The notes: generated by a model not told the origin, from the letters alone. Positions 29,545 through 38,971 are shown, counted from the stretch's first letter. The stretch is DNA of 64,000 nt from Acidobacteriota bacterium (GCA_040005235.1 JBDTZG010000003.1:160001-224000), one strand, 5' to 3'. Numbers and translations: made by a program.

Positions 29545-31443
29545 ATGAATCATGTCCTGGCGATCAGCCTGGGGCCGGTCCAGGAGTTCCTCGCCGCGGC
29601 GCGCCGGACGCGCGACCTCTGGTTCGGCTCGTGGCTGCTCTCCGAGCTGGCCCGCGCGGCGGCGAAGGCGATCGAGGCGCGGCATCCGGGCAGCGTCATC
29701 TTTCCCGCCGCGGACGCGCTGGCCGACGGCGATGCCACGTTCGCCAACAAGATTCTCGCCCGCGTGCCGGACGATCCGGAGAGTGCGGCGGGAGCCGCGA
29801 TCGAGGCGCTCCAGAAACGGCGTGACGAGCTGCGCGAGATGGCGTTCAAGGCTCTCGGCGATCTGAAAGAAACCGAATTCCACCGCGCCGCCGCCGGGGC
29901 GCAGGTCTCCGACCTGATCGAGATCCAATGGGCGAGCGCTCTGGAGTTTGGCGGAGAAGCCGGCTACGCCGACGCCCGGCGGACCGCGGAAGGAGTGCTC
30001 GCGGCGCGCAAGAACCAGCGCGATTGGATTCAACCCCACTGGGGCGCACCGGTGCCGAAGTCCGCGATCGACGGCCTGCGCGAGTCGGTGATCGACGAGA
30101 AGCTCTTCGAAGGGAATACCGGTTGGGACGCCGAGCGGCTCTACAAAACCTTCGGCGTCGAGGGGGGCGAGCGCCTCGACGGTGTCTCGCTGCTCAAGCG
30201 CCTCGGCCGCCAGAGGGGTCGCCCCCTCGATCATCACTTCGCGAGCACCGGCCACATCGCGGCCTGGCCGCTGCTCGAACGGCTGAGGAAGCCAGGCGAG
30301 GACGAAGGCGCGCGGGCCAAGGTCAAAGTGGCGTGGGACCGCCTGAAAAGTGCGATCGTGGATTCTGGCGTCGACCTCCGCGATCATGAGGTTTACGCCG
30401 CTTCGGACCCTGCCGGAAACCGGGAGGAGCACCCGATCCTCGGCCGGCTGGACGGCAGCCTGCTGTTCGAGGGGCGCCTCGCCGATCTCTTCCGCGACCG
30501 GACGGAGGTCGACGCACAGGGGAAGAGGCGGCCGATCTCGGCGGCGGACCGTCGCCGGCTCGCCGCGAAGCTGCGCGGGGCGCTCGCCGATTTCCTCAAA
30601 GCCGCGGAGCTTCCCGCACCGCTCCCCTACTACGCGATCCTCCATGCCGACGGCGACCGGATGGGTTCCGCCATCGACCACCTCAAAGAGCTGCCGAGGC
30701 ATCGGGAGCTGTCGCAGCAGCTGACCGCTTTCGCGGTCGAGGCCCGGAGGATCGTCGAGGCGACACATCACGGCGAGCTGGTCTACGCCGGAGGCGACGA
30801 CGTGCTCGCCTTCCTGCCGTTGCACGAGGCGATTCCCTGCGCCCGCGCCCTGGCCGACACGTTTGCCGGGCTGCTCGAAGATTTTCCCGACGAGGACGAC
30901 GTCAAGCCGACGCTTTCGGTCGGCCTCGGCATCGCCCACTTCATGGCGCCGCTTTCCCGGACGCTCGAGTTGGCGCGCAGCGCCGAGAAGGACGCCAAGG
31001 CGGTCCCGGGCAAGAACGCGCTCGCGCTGCGGATCGACAAACGCTCCGGGCCGACGCTCCGCTTGGCCGGGAGCTGGACAACGATCGATCTCGATCTCGA
31101 AAACTTCGCGAAGCTCCACGCCCGGGACGAGATCTCGGACAAGGGGGGCTTCGACCTGCGCGAGCTGGCGCGCCTGATCGAAGGGAGCACCGGCGACGAC
31201 CGGAAGAACCTCGAAGATCTCGCCCAGAAGGAGGCGATCCGCATCCTCGCCCGCAAGCAGCCGAAGCATGGCCAGGACGCGGGGCACAGCGAAGCGGTGC
31301 GCAAGAGGCTGCGCGAGATCCTGGAGCGCTCGAAGTCGATCGCCGCGTTCGCCGACCGGCTGATCGCCGCGCGCCTGTTCGGCGAGGCCCTGGTGCAATC
31401 CGGCCGGCCGATTCCCCCGCTCGAACCCGAGGTTGTGGCATGA
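29545..31443 (+). CDS. cas10: Type III-B Cas10/Cmr2 (no HD domain, intact cyclase palm)
   Basis: SLGPVQEFLAAARRTRDLWFGSWLLS, YYAILHADGDRMG, YAGGDDVLAF; start ATG 29545. Confidence 0.95.
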   Translation: MNHVLAISLGPVQEFLAAARRTRDLWFGSWLLSELARAAAKAIEARHPGSVIFPAADALADGDATFANKILARVPDDPESAAGAAIEALQKRRDELREMAFKALGDLKETEFHRAAAGAQVSDLIEIQWASALEFGGEAGYADARRTAEGVLAARKNQRDWIQPHWGAPVPKSAIDGLRESVIDEKLFEGNTGWDAERLYKTFGVEGGERLDGVSLLKRLGRQRGRPLDHHFASTGHIAAWPLLERLRKPGEDEGARAKVKVAWDRLKSAIVDSGVDLRDHEVYAASDPAGNREEHPILGRLDGSLLFEGRLADLFRDRTEVDAQGKRRPISAADRRRLAAKLRGALADFLKAAELPAPLPYYAILHADGDRMGSAIDHLKELPRHRELSQQLTAFAVEARRIVEATHHGELVYAGGDDVLAFLPLHEAIPCARALADTFAGLLEDFPDEDDVKPTLSVGLGIAHFMAPLSRTLELARSAEKDAKAVPGKNALALRIDKRSGPTLRLAGSWTTIDLDLENFAKLHARDEISDKGGFDLRELARLIEGSTGDDRKNLEDLAQKEAIRILARKQPKHGQDAGHSEAVRKRLREILERSKSIAAFADRLIAARLFGEALVQSGRPIPPLEPEVVA

Positions 31444-32690
31444 ATGAAGGCGCGATTTTCCTCATCGAGCCGCGCGATCCGCTGATCGCCCGCGACGGCC
31501 GGCCCGCCCGGCTGGGCGAAGCGCTGGCCACCCTCCCCTTTCCGCCGCCGGGCATGATTGCGGGGGCGGCGCGCACGCGCATGGCCTCGATCGACGGGGC
31601 GTTTTCCTGTGCGGCGGAGGATCTCGACCGGCTGGTCGAAATCCCCGTCCACGGGCCGCTGCTCGCCGAGCTGAAAGAGGACGGAGATGGCGTGGCCTGC
31701 TGGTTCGCGCCGGCCCCACGCGACGCTGTGTTGTTCGGCGATGGATTCGGCGATGGAGTCGGCGGTGGAGTCGGCGACCCGGAGATTCCCACCCTCCGGC
31801 GGCTGGCACCGCGCCCGGTGCCGCACGGCGCGCTGGCCGGGGGCTTCCGCGGCGAAGGTACGCTGCCGGAAGGTTCCCTTCTGCCCGCGTTCGCCTCACC
31901 CGGCCCGGCAGGAAAGCCGCTCGCCCATCCGCCCGTCTTCTGGCGCTGGTCGAATTTCGCGGCCTGGCTCGGTGCCGAGGGGCAGATCGAACCCGCGCCG
32001 CTCGGCCTCGGCCGGATCGAACCGGAGCCGCGCGCCCATCTCGCGATCGAACCGGGCGGCCGGGTAGGGCTGGAGGGCCGGGTATTCGAGACCCTCGGCC
32101 TGCGCTTCCTCGCCGCGCTCCCCGGTGCCGGCCCGCTCGCGAAATTGGCGGTCCGCCGGCTCGCGCTGGGCCTCCGCACTCCCGGGGGCACAATCGGCGC
32201 GCGCCCGCTGGAGCTGCGCAAGGAACTCGCCCCTCTCGGCGGAGAGCGCCGCCTCGCCCGCTGGCGCCCGGCGACCGGCGCGTCTTGGCCGGCGCTGCCG
32301 CCGGAGATTCGAAAACGAATCGTCGAAACCCGCCGCGCGCGGATCGTCCTGCTCACCCCGGCCGAATTCGAAGAGGGCTCCCGACCCGGCTGGAACGGCG
32401 GCGAGATCCCCGGGCTGGCGGCGAGTGCAGGGGGAGTTACCGTAACAGTCCAAGCCGCCTGCGTGCCGCGCGCCGAGGTGGTCTCCGGCTGGGATCTCCG
32501 ACGCGGCAAGGCGAAGCCGACACGCCGTCTGGTCCCCGCCGGCAGCGTCTACTGGGTGGAGCTGTCCGGCACAGGAGACCTCGGCGCCTGGTGCGACGCG
32601 CTCTGGCTGCAACCGGCGAGCGATGCCGAAAGCGCCCGCCGGAACGGCTACGGGCTGGCGGCACTCGGCGTTTGGGAGGAGGAATCATGA
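31440..32690 (+). CDS. cmr3: Type III-B RAMP protein Cmr3
   Basis: IEPRDPLIARDGRP, PFPPP, LGGERR, LLTPA, VSGWD, VPAGSVY, GYG. Confidence 0.93.
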   Translation: MNEGAIFLIEPRDPLIARDGRPARLGEALATLPFPPPGMIAGAARTRMASIDGAFSCAAEDLDRLVEIPVHGPLLAELKEDGDGVACWFAPAPRDAVLFGDGFGDGVGGGVGDPEIPTLRRLAPRPVPHGALAGGFRGEGTLPEGSLLPAFASPGPAGKPLAHPPVFWRWSNFAAWLGAEGQIEPAPLGLGRIEPEPRAHLAIEPGGRVGLEGRVFETLGLRFLAALPGAGPLAKLAVRRLALGLRTPGGTIGARPLELRKELAPLGGERRLARWRPATGASWPALPPEIRKRIVETRRARIVLLTPAEFEEGSRPGWNGGEIPGLAASAGGVTVTVQAACVPRAEVVSGWDLRRGKAKPTRRLVPAGSVYWVELSGTGDLGAWCDALWLQPASDAESARRNGYGLAALGVWEEES

Positions 32691-34012
32691 GCCGCATCGC
32701 CCCACCTCTGCCGGAGGATCTGTCGACCGCGAGGAAGACGGTCCCCTGGGAACGCGAGATCGAAGTGCAGCTGATCACCCGTTTATTCGGGGGCGGCGCG
32801 AGACCGCGCGAGATCGACGAGCGCTCGTGGATTCGCCCCGCGGCGCTCAAATCGGCGCTCCGCTTCTGGTGGCGGGCTACGCACGCCCACCTTCCCGAGT
32901 ACGACTCGCTCAAGAAGCTCAAAAAGCAAGAGGATCTGCTGTTCGGCACCGCGGCGCGCTTTGGCAAGAAGAACGAGATTCTCGGCGGGCCGGGGTGGCT
33001 GTCGGTGGAGGTGTCAGCGGCGGGGGGGAGCCTGGTTCGAGAGGCGTACGACCCTAAGTCAAAGGCCGAGGCCGGCCGTTCCGTCGGGATTGCTTACTAC
33101 CCGGCAACGCCGCAGAAAGAGCAAGTAATCCGCCTTGGAGGGGTCGGGAAGGGAAAGGGGGTTCGGTCCCTGATCCGGCTCCGACTCGAACGACTCGACC
33201 AGGATGCCGTCGGAGAGATCCAGGAGGCCTTGAAAGCTTTCCTCCTGATGGGCGGGGTGGGAGCACGAACTCGGCGCGGCGCGGGATCTTTGGCGCCTGC
33301 GCACGAAGAGGCCGACATCCCGTGTTCCGCCCTAGAGATCGAGCGCTATTTCGCCGAATGGGTGAAAATCGATCCCTCCAGTATTCCGGCCGGAGTCTTC
33401 TCTCTCGCCAGAGCGCAGTGGGTTGTTACTGGGCGTAGCTATGCGACCGGTGAAGAGGCGCAGGAAGCGCTCCTTGATGTGCTGCGTGAGTTCCGCCAGA
33501 AGCGCCTTCACCCCAAGAATTGGGGCAAGGGCGACTATGGGCCAACCCGGTGGCCGGAGCCCTACGCGATTCGAATGGAAGTTGGGACCGGGTCTCATAA
33601 GACCAGCGAGGAACATCGTGAGCAGTTTCCACGCGGAATCCTCGGGCTCCCCATCGTCTTCAAGTTTCATGACAAGGACAAGAATGACCCAGGACGACAC
33701 ACGCTGGCCGGCGTACGAGAGAATGGCGAAGCCATCTCTCGCTTTGCGAGCCCTCTGCTGCTTCGTCCGATCAGAATCTGGCGGCAGGAGAAAGGTGAAT
33801 CGGTCAAAGAGTACCTGCCGGTCGCCTTGTTTACCGAACCGATCCTTCCCTCGGACACGCTTCCTCTCTTGGAGCCCACGCCCGCGGAGGAAGATCCACG
33901 GCCTACCCTTTCTGAGGCGCGCACTTTCTCCGAAACCTCCTTCGCCGAAGCGGCGAAGAACGCCGACCTGCTCGCCAAGCTGAAGACCGCTTTCCAAGAC
34001 GGTCTTCGCTAG
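32687..34012 (+). CDS. cmr1: Type III-B RAMP protein Cmr1
   Basis: LITRLFGGG, IRPAALKSALRFWWRA, GGVGARTRRGAGS, GLPIVF, RFASPL; start ATG 32687 overlaps the cmr3 stop. Confidence 0.92.
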   Translation: MSRIAPPLPEDLSTARKTVPWEREIEVQLITRLFGGGARPREIDERSWIRPAALKSALRFWWRATHAHLPEYDSLKKLKKQEDLLFGTAARFGKKNEILGGPGWLSVEVSAAGGSLVREAYDPKSKAEAGRSVGIAYYPATPQKEQVIRLGGVGKGKGVRSLIRLRLERLDQDAVGEIQEALKAFLLMGGVGARTRRGAGSLAPAHEEADIPCSALEIERYFAEWVKIDPSSIPAGVFSLARAQWVVTGRSYATGEEAQEALLDVLREFRQKRLHPKNWGKGDYGPTRWPEPYAIRMEVGTGSHKTSEEHREQFPRGILGLPIVFKFHDKDKNDPGRHTLAGVRENGEAISRFASPLLLRPIRIWRQEKGESVKEYLPVALFTEPILPSDTLPLLEPTPAEEDPRPTLSEARTFSETSFAEAAKNADLLAKLKTAFQDGLR

Positions 34013-34033
34013 AAGAAATAGAGGAAACTGCCC

Positions 34034-34975
34034 ATGCGCACCCGCCTCGTTCTCGTCCATGCGCTCACGCCGCTCCATGCCGGCACCGGCCAGGCGGCCG
34101 GGGCGATCGATCTGCCGATTGCTCGCGAGCGGCCGACCCACATTCCGATCGTGCCCGGCTCGTCGATCAAAGGGGCGTTGCGCGCCCGCGAAGAGGATGA
34201 AAATTGGCGCAAAGTAATCTACGGCCCAGAAACCGAGCTGGCCTCGGAACACGGGGGCGCCGTGCAGTTCTCGGACGTCCACACCGTCCTGCTGCCAGTC
34301 CGAAGCCTCGCAGGGACGTTTGCCTGGGTGACCTCGCGCTACCTTCTTTCGCGCTTCGCCCGCGACGCCCAGGAGGCGGACTTGGCGCTCAAACCGGCAC
34401 CGGCCGCCGCCCGGATGGACGCCTGCGTTCTTGTGCAGGGATCGGTCCTCAAGGTACCGCTAGACCAAACTCAAAGAGTGATCTTGGAAGATCTCGATCT
34501 CAAGCCGGCCCCGGACGCCTCTCCCGAAGCCGCGACCCTCGCCGCATACGCAGAGACCCTCGGACAGGCGCTCTTTCCGGATCCGCCGGAGGCTACGGCC
34601 GAGCAGAAAGCGGCGAACGCCGCGGCCCAGAAGGATCTGAGCGCCCGCCTCTGTCTGGTCCACGACGACACGATGTCCTACCTGCTCGAAGCGGCGACCG
34701 AAGTCTCGGCCCGGATTCGCCTTGATCCGAAAAAGAAGACAGTCGCCCGCGGCGCGCTCTGGACCGAAGAAGCCCTGCCCACGGAGACGGTGCTCGCCGG
34801 ACTCGCGGTCGCGAGCGCGGTGGAACGGGACAACAAGAAGTACATGCCCGCCGATCTCTTCGCGCAAATCGGCAAAGCCGCCAAAGGACTCGTCCAACTC
34901 GGCGGCAAGGCGACCGTCGGCCGGGGCAACTGCCGGGTTCTGATCGTGCCGGCCGCGGCGGGAGGTACAGAGTGA
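34034..34975 (+). CDS. cmr4: Type III-B RAMP protein Cmr4
   Basis: TPLHAGTG, IDLPIARE (catalytic Asp), PGSSIKGALR, LPVRS, LWTEE, QLGGKATVGRG. Confidence 0.96.
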   Translation: MRTRLVLVHALTPLHAGTGQAAGAIDLPIARERPTHIPIVPGSSIKGALRAREEDENWRKVIYGPETELASEHGGAVQFSDVHTVLLPVRSLAGTFAWVTSRYLLSRFARDAQEADLALKPAPAAARMDACVLVQGSVLKVPLDQTQRVILEDLDLKPAPDASPEAATLAAYAETLGQALFPDPPEATAEQKAANAAAQKDLSARLCLVHDDTMSYLLEAATEVSARIRLDPKKKTVARGALWTEEALPTETVLAGLAVASAVERDNKKYMPADLFAQIGKAAKGLVQLGGKATVGRGNCRVLIVPAAAGGTE

Positions 34976-35436
34976 CTCGTGAACAGACGCGCGCCACGCT
35001 CGCTTGGAAGCACGTCGTCGCGGTCGGGGACAAACATGGCAAGGACTCGCCCGGCCGCAAGACTTACGGCACGCTCGCCGGCAAGCTCCCTTCCCTCCTC
35101 CGCTCCGCCGGCTTTTGCCAGGCGGTCCATTTCCTCCGCTCACGCCGCAAGAAGGACGCGAAGCCGAATCAGCCCGACATGGCGGAGCTTCTGCTCGGCC
35201 ACCTCGCCGAGCAACTCGGCCAGGTAAGCCAAGGGATCGGCGCGGACATCGAGGCGCTCTGCAAGGCCGCCCGGGAGAGTCCTCTTCCCGTCTACCTCTG
35301 GCTGTCGCGCGAGGCGGTCGCCTGCGCCACCTGGTACGCGAGGCTCGCCAAATCCGAGCTGGAGGTCGAGCCGACCGACGACGCTCCGGAGGACAATGCG
35401 GCCGAGCCGGAGGCCAAGGCCGAGGCAGCGCCGTGA
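34972..35436 (+). CDS. cmr5: Type III-B small subunit Cmr5
   Basis: 154-aa helical protein between cmr4 and cmr6; LPSLLRSAGFCQAVHF, WYARLAK. Confidence 0.88.
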   Translation: MTREQTRATLAWKHVVAVGDKHGKDSPGRKTYGTLAGKLPSLLRSAGFCQAVHFLRSRRKKDAKPNQPDMAELLLGHLAEQLGQVSQGIGADIEALCKAARESPLPVYLWLSREAVACATWYARLAKSELEVEPTDDAPEDNAAEPEAKAEAAP

Positions 35437-36239
35437 GTCTCGAAGGCATCCAGAGTCGTCGGGGGATTTTCGCTCCGCTCAGAACGCCTCCGCCCACGGC
35501 GAATGCCGGGCTCTGGATCGAGAAATACGCCAAGGCGCTCGGTGGCACCGGCTCGCCCAAGGAGCATTTCGAAACGCTCTTTTCGGTGCTACCGGACGGC
35601 CGCCATCGCGCCCCCGACCTGCCTGCCGCCTACAGCGCCTTCTTCCATCGCTGGCGCGACCACCTGGGGATGCTGCCCCCGGCGACGATCTTCGCCCGCG
35701 CCTCGGCGAGCGGCCGGCTCGCGGTCGGCCTCGGCGCGGAGTCCACGCTCGAAACCTCGATCGCGCTCCATCACACCTACGGCGTGCCCTACCTGCCGGG
35801 CTCGGCGCTCAAAGGCCTAGCCGCCCACGCCGCGCGCGAGCGGCTCGATCCAGCCTGGAATCCGGAGGACCCGACCGGCCCCTACAACGTCGTTTTCGGC
35901 CGCCTCGAAGAGGCGGGCTTCGTCACCTTCCACGACGCGCTCTGGATTCCCGAGGGGAACGATCCCCGCCTGCCGCTCGACCTCGACGTGATGACCGTGC
36001 ATCATGGCGACTACTACGGCGCCGGCAAGACCCCGCCGACCGATTGGGACGATCCGAACCCGATCCCCTTCCTCTCCGCCCGCGGTTCCTATCTCCTAGC
36101 CCTCACCGGCCCCCCGGGCTGGATCGAAAAGGCGCTCGAAATCCTCACCGGAGCGCTGGCGGAAGACGGCCTCGGCGCCAAGACAGCGGCGGGGTATGGA
36201 CGGATGAAGGTCACGCGGGAAGAAGGGGTCGGGCGATGA
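35433..36239 (+). CDS. cmr6: Type III-B RAMP protein Cmr6
   Basis: RLAVGLG, ETSIALHHTYGVPYLPGSALKG, FHDA, DVMTVHH, DDPNPIPFL, GLGAKTAAGYG; GTG start overlaps the cmr5 stop. Confidence 0.95.
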   Translation: MSLEGIQSRRGIFAPLRTPPPTANAGLWIEKYAKALGGTGSPKEHFETLFSVLPDGRHRAPDLPAAYSAFFHRWRDHLGMLPPATIFARASASGRLAVGLGAESTLETSIALHHTYGVPYLPGSALKGLAAHAARERLDPAWNPEDPTGPYNVVFGRLEEAGFVTFHDALWIPEGNDPRLPLDLDVMTVHHGDYYGAGKTPPTDWDDPNPIPFLSARGSYLLALTGPPGWIEKALEILTGALAEDGLGAKTAAGYGRMKVTREEGVGR

Positions 36240-36991
36240 AGTGGCGTAGCTGGTTTTTCGGTCTAGTGGCATTGAGCGTCGCGCTCTTGGCCTCCTGGCT
36301 CTCGACGAAAGAGACCGTCCGCCCCCTCTATTCATTCTTCGACGGCACGGGCACCGTGATCGGTTGGTTCCTCTCCTGCCTCACCGTTCTGGTTGGCGTG
36401 GCCGCCTGGTTCGAACGTGCAGCCCTTCGAAGATGGCTCCTCAACCGCCAGTTTCCCCAAGTCGGCGACGACGTTAGAGACTGGCGGAGCCGGGTCGAGG
36501 CTCTGGTAATTCCGGTGAGCCCTCGGCGCGAGCAGCCGGAGTGGTTGATTCGCCATCTCAAGCCGTCTCACGTTTCTTTCCTTTACACCTCTGAATCCCG
36601 AGCGACCGCCGCCGGGCTCGCGAGGGATTTCGGATCTGAGAGCCTTGAGTTCTCGCCTTCCTATCATCAGATAGTCGCCGCAGCGAACGAGCTCAAGGAT
36701 CCCAACGATACGCGAGAAGCTCGCACTCAGACGAAATTGTTCCTCGAACGTTTCGACCGTCTCGGCATCCCCCCGAGCCGAGTCTTCGTCGATACGACTG
36801 CGGGCAAGGTGCCGACTTCGATCGGAGCCTTTCAAGCTGCCGAGGAAGCGGCTGTCGCAACGATCTATATTGTCGGCACAAAGAACGGATTAATTCAGGA
36901 CCCTGGAGATGCGAGCCATGGCCAGCCGAAGTTTGTAAGCAATCCGCTGGCTCGCTCCGAGGATCTTCCGGAAGCTCGCCGCCGCCCATGA
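36236..36991 (+). CDS. 2TM-CARF membrane effector (Cam1-like)
   Basis: ATG 36236 overlaps the cmr6 stop; two N-terminal TM helices then a CARF-like Rossmann fold (ALVIPVS..QPE, HVSFLYTSES, VFVDTTAGKVPTSIG); 251 aa. Confidence 0.8.
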   Translation: MKWRSWFFGLVALSVALLASWLSTKETVRPLYSFFDGTGTVIGWFLSCLTVLVGVAAWFERAALRRWLLNRQFPQVGDDVRDWRSRVEALVIPVSPRREQPEWLIRHLKPSHVSFLYTSESRATAAGLARDFGSESLEFSPSYHQIVAAANELKDPNDTREARTQTKLFLERFDRLGIPPSRVFVDTTAGKVPTSIGAFQAAEEAAVATIYIVGTKNGLIQDPGDASHGQPKFVSNPLARSEDLPEARRRP

Positions 36992-37269
36992 CCCTCGACC
37001 TCGCCCTCACCCACGAGCCCCTCTGGCGCGGCCTCGCGATCGAAAACCTGGCGGGCAAACTGACGCTCACGACACCCCCGGCCGTAGCGATTCCGGTGCT
37101 CGCCGCGAACCTTTCGGCGCTGGAAATCGACCCGGAGGAAGTGGTCCTCACCGGCGGCATGGCGATCTGGGCGTATCTGGTCGTGTTCCACCAACTCCAC
37201 GGCAGAACGCGGCGGATCGTCTACCGCGACGGCCGCGGGCAGGAGATCCTGGTGGCGGCGCACGGCTGA
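36988..37269 (+). CDS. csx3: Csx3/Crn3-like ring nuclease
   Basis: 93 aa; VVLTGGMAIWAYLVVFH...IVYRD...VAAH resembles Csx3 (VVISGRxPIWL..H...VAVYD...VV.SH); last gene of the cmr operon. Confidence 0.65.
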   Translation: MTLDLALTHEPLWRGLAIENLAGKLTLTTPPAVAIPVLAANLSALEIDPEEVVLTGGMAIWAYLVVFHQLHGRTRRIVYRDGRGQEILVAAHG

Positions 37270-37371
37270 GGGGCCACCCCGTAGCCCCGATCGAATGTAG
37301 AATCGCCCGCGTTCCTGCCGTTCTGCATGGTTCGAGGAGCTGGGTATTCAGTAAAGTAAAAGCAACCCTCG

Positions 37372-37569
37372 TGCCAGTTTTCAAGGCTGGGGGCGGAGAA
37401 ATGGGAGGGGGGTTGCGAACGGCGCCCGAAGTTGTTCCTTGACAATCAGTTAGCGAGGTTTCCGGGAGACGAAAAGGAAGCGAAGTGCAGCGTAAGCGAA
37501 GCGAAAGTCGAGAGGTAGCGAAAATCGAGCCCGCAACCGGCGTAGAATCAAGGCCTTGCAGAGGCGGCA
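37372..37569 (+). promoter_or_regulatory. CRISPR leader 1 with IHF-like site
   Basis: 198 bp near-identical to 39253-39450; AATCAAGGCCTTG (37546-37558) matches WATCAANNNNTTR, 11 bp before repeat 1. Confidence 0.85.
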
Positions 37570-38535
37570 GTCGGAACAGCCCTGATCTGGACGAAGGGAT
37601 TGCGACTTTCGTCTGGCATGCAATAGTCACGATTGACTTTTTGCGGGTCGGAACAGCCCTGATCTGGACGAAGGGATTGCGACTCGGCGAGCTCCTGGAG
37701 GGTCCAGAGGTTGTCTTTGCGCTCGTCGGAACAGCCCTGATCTGGACGAAGGGATTGCGACTGAGCTTGTCGCCTTCTTTTCGGTTCATCGCCATTTCGT
37801 CGGAACAGCCCTGATCTGGACGAAGGGATTGCGACTCCTGGCGACTGCCAAAGCACGGTAGTACCGCGATTCGTGTCGGAACAGCCCTGATCTGGACGAA
37901 GGGATTGCGACGAATCGACTTGCCGGGTGCCTGGTTGGGCGAGAGGTGGAGTCGGAACAGCCCTGATCTGGACGAAGGGATTGCGACCCCCACGTGTTGT
38001 CGTAGGTGGCGGGATGTTCGTATTTCCAGTCGGAACAGCCCTGATCTGGACGAAGGGATTGCGACATCGTGCCGAGCAGGATTGTGAAGAGCTGCGTTGG
38101 TCGAACGTCGGAACAGCCCTGATCTGGACGAAGGGATTGCGACGTAAAGCTTGGGCGAATCGGCATTAGAGGTCCCTGTAAGTCGGAACAGCCCTGATCT
38201 GGACGAAGGGATTGCGACTTCTTGAGTAACGCGAAGTTTCCGAGACCGAACCCAACGTGTCGGAACAGCCCTGATCTGGACGAAGGGATTGCGACGGGGA
38301 CGGGGATATGAACGAGGGTTCGTGTCACCACGATCTCCTCGTCGGAACAGCGAACAGCCCTGATCTGGACGAAGGGATTGCGACGCGAGCACCGACACAT
38401 AGAGGTCAAATGCGGACACAAAGGTCGGAACAGCCCTGATCTGGACGAAGGGATTGCGACTTCGTTGGTGGGAAGCGTTGGCAGTACCGAGTCAAAAGGT
38501 CGGAACAGCCCTGATCTGGACGAAGGGATTGCGGA
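37570..38535 (+). CRISPR. CRISPR array 1: 13 repeats, 12 spacers (37-45 bp)
   Basis: 37-bp repeat GTCGGAACAGCCCTGATCTGGACGAAGGGATTGCGAC at 37570, 37647, 37725, 37799, 37875, 37951, 38029, 38107, 38182, 38259, 38341 (7-bp duplication), 38424, 38499 (degenerate end); ATTGCGAC-type handle and degenerate last repeat support + orientation. Confidence 0.98.
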
Positions 38536-38549
38536 TCACCGATTTGCCG

Positions 38550-38870
38550 CGGGATCGGCCTTCCCTCCGCAGGGATCACCCTTCCCTCCGGCGGGATCAC
38601 TGTTTTTGGGCCAAAATCACTGTTCCTTCCAGCGGGATCACCGATTTTGGGCCAAAATCACTGTTCCTCCCGGAGGGATCACTGTTTTTGGGCCAAAATC
38701 ACTCTTCCCTCCAGCGGGATCGGTGATTTTGGGCCAAAATCGCTGTTCCTTCCGGCGGGATCACCGTTTTTGGGCCAAAATCGCTGTTCCTTCCCGGGGG
38801 ATCGGTGATTTTGGCGAAGGATCGCCCCTCCCCCGGGCCGGATCGCTGATTTTGGAGCGGGATCATCCTT
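38550..38870. repeat. 41-bp palindromic tandem repeat (5 good copies plus degenerate copies)
   Basis: GGGATCACTGTTTTTGGGCCAAAATCACTGTTCCTTCCAGC-like units at 38593, 38634, 38675, 38716, 38757, degenerate at 38798 and 38839. Confidence 0.92.
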
Positions 38871-38971
38871 GTCGGCGAGTCCGGGGGCACCCGCAGCCGG
38901 GACGATCGCATGACTCTGGCCTTTCGGCGACCGCGCGCTACCCTCCGTCGGCATTTATCGCGTCTTTCGAT

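Noticed and set aside
35396-36235. Long N-terminal extension on the TM-CARF ORF (similar extensions on cmr1, cmr6, cas6, tsaE, cdaA)
   Set aside because: They overlap upstream genes in other frames; internal starts overlapping or adjacent to the upstream stops fit better
37439-37444. TTGACA in the leaders as a -35 box
   Set aside because: No matching -10 box at 16-18 bp spacing
37148-38421. ORFs spanning CRISPR array 1 (and similar ones over array 2)
   Set aside because: Translations of repeat-spacer units, not proteins
38550-38870. 41-bp repeats as a third CRISPR array
   Set aside because: Units are contiguous with no unique spacers
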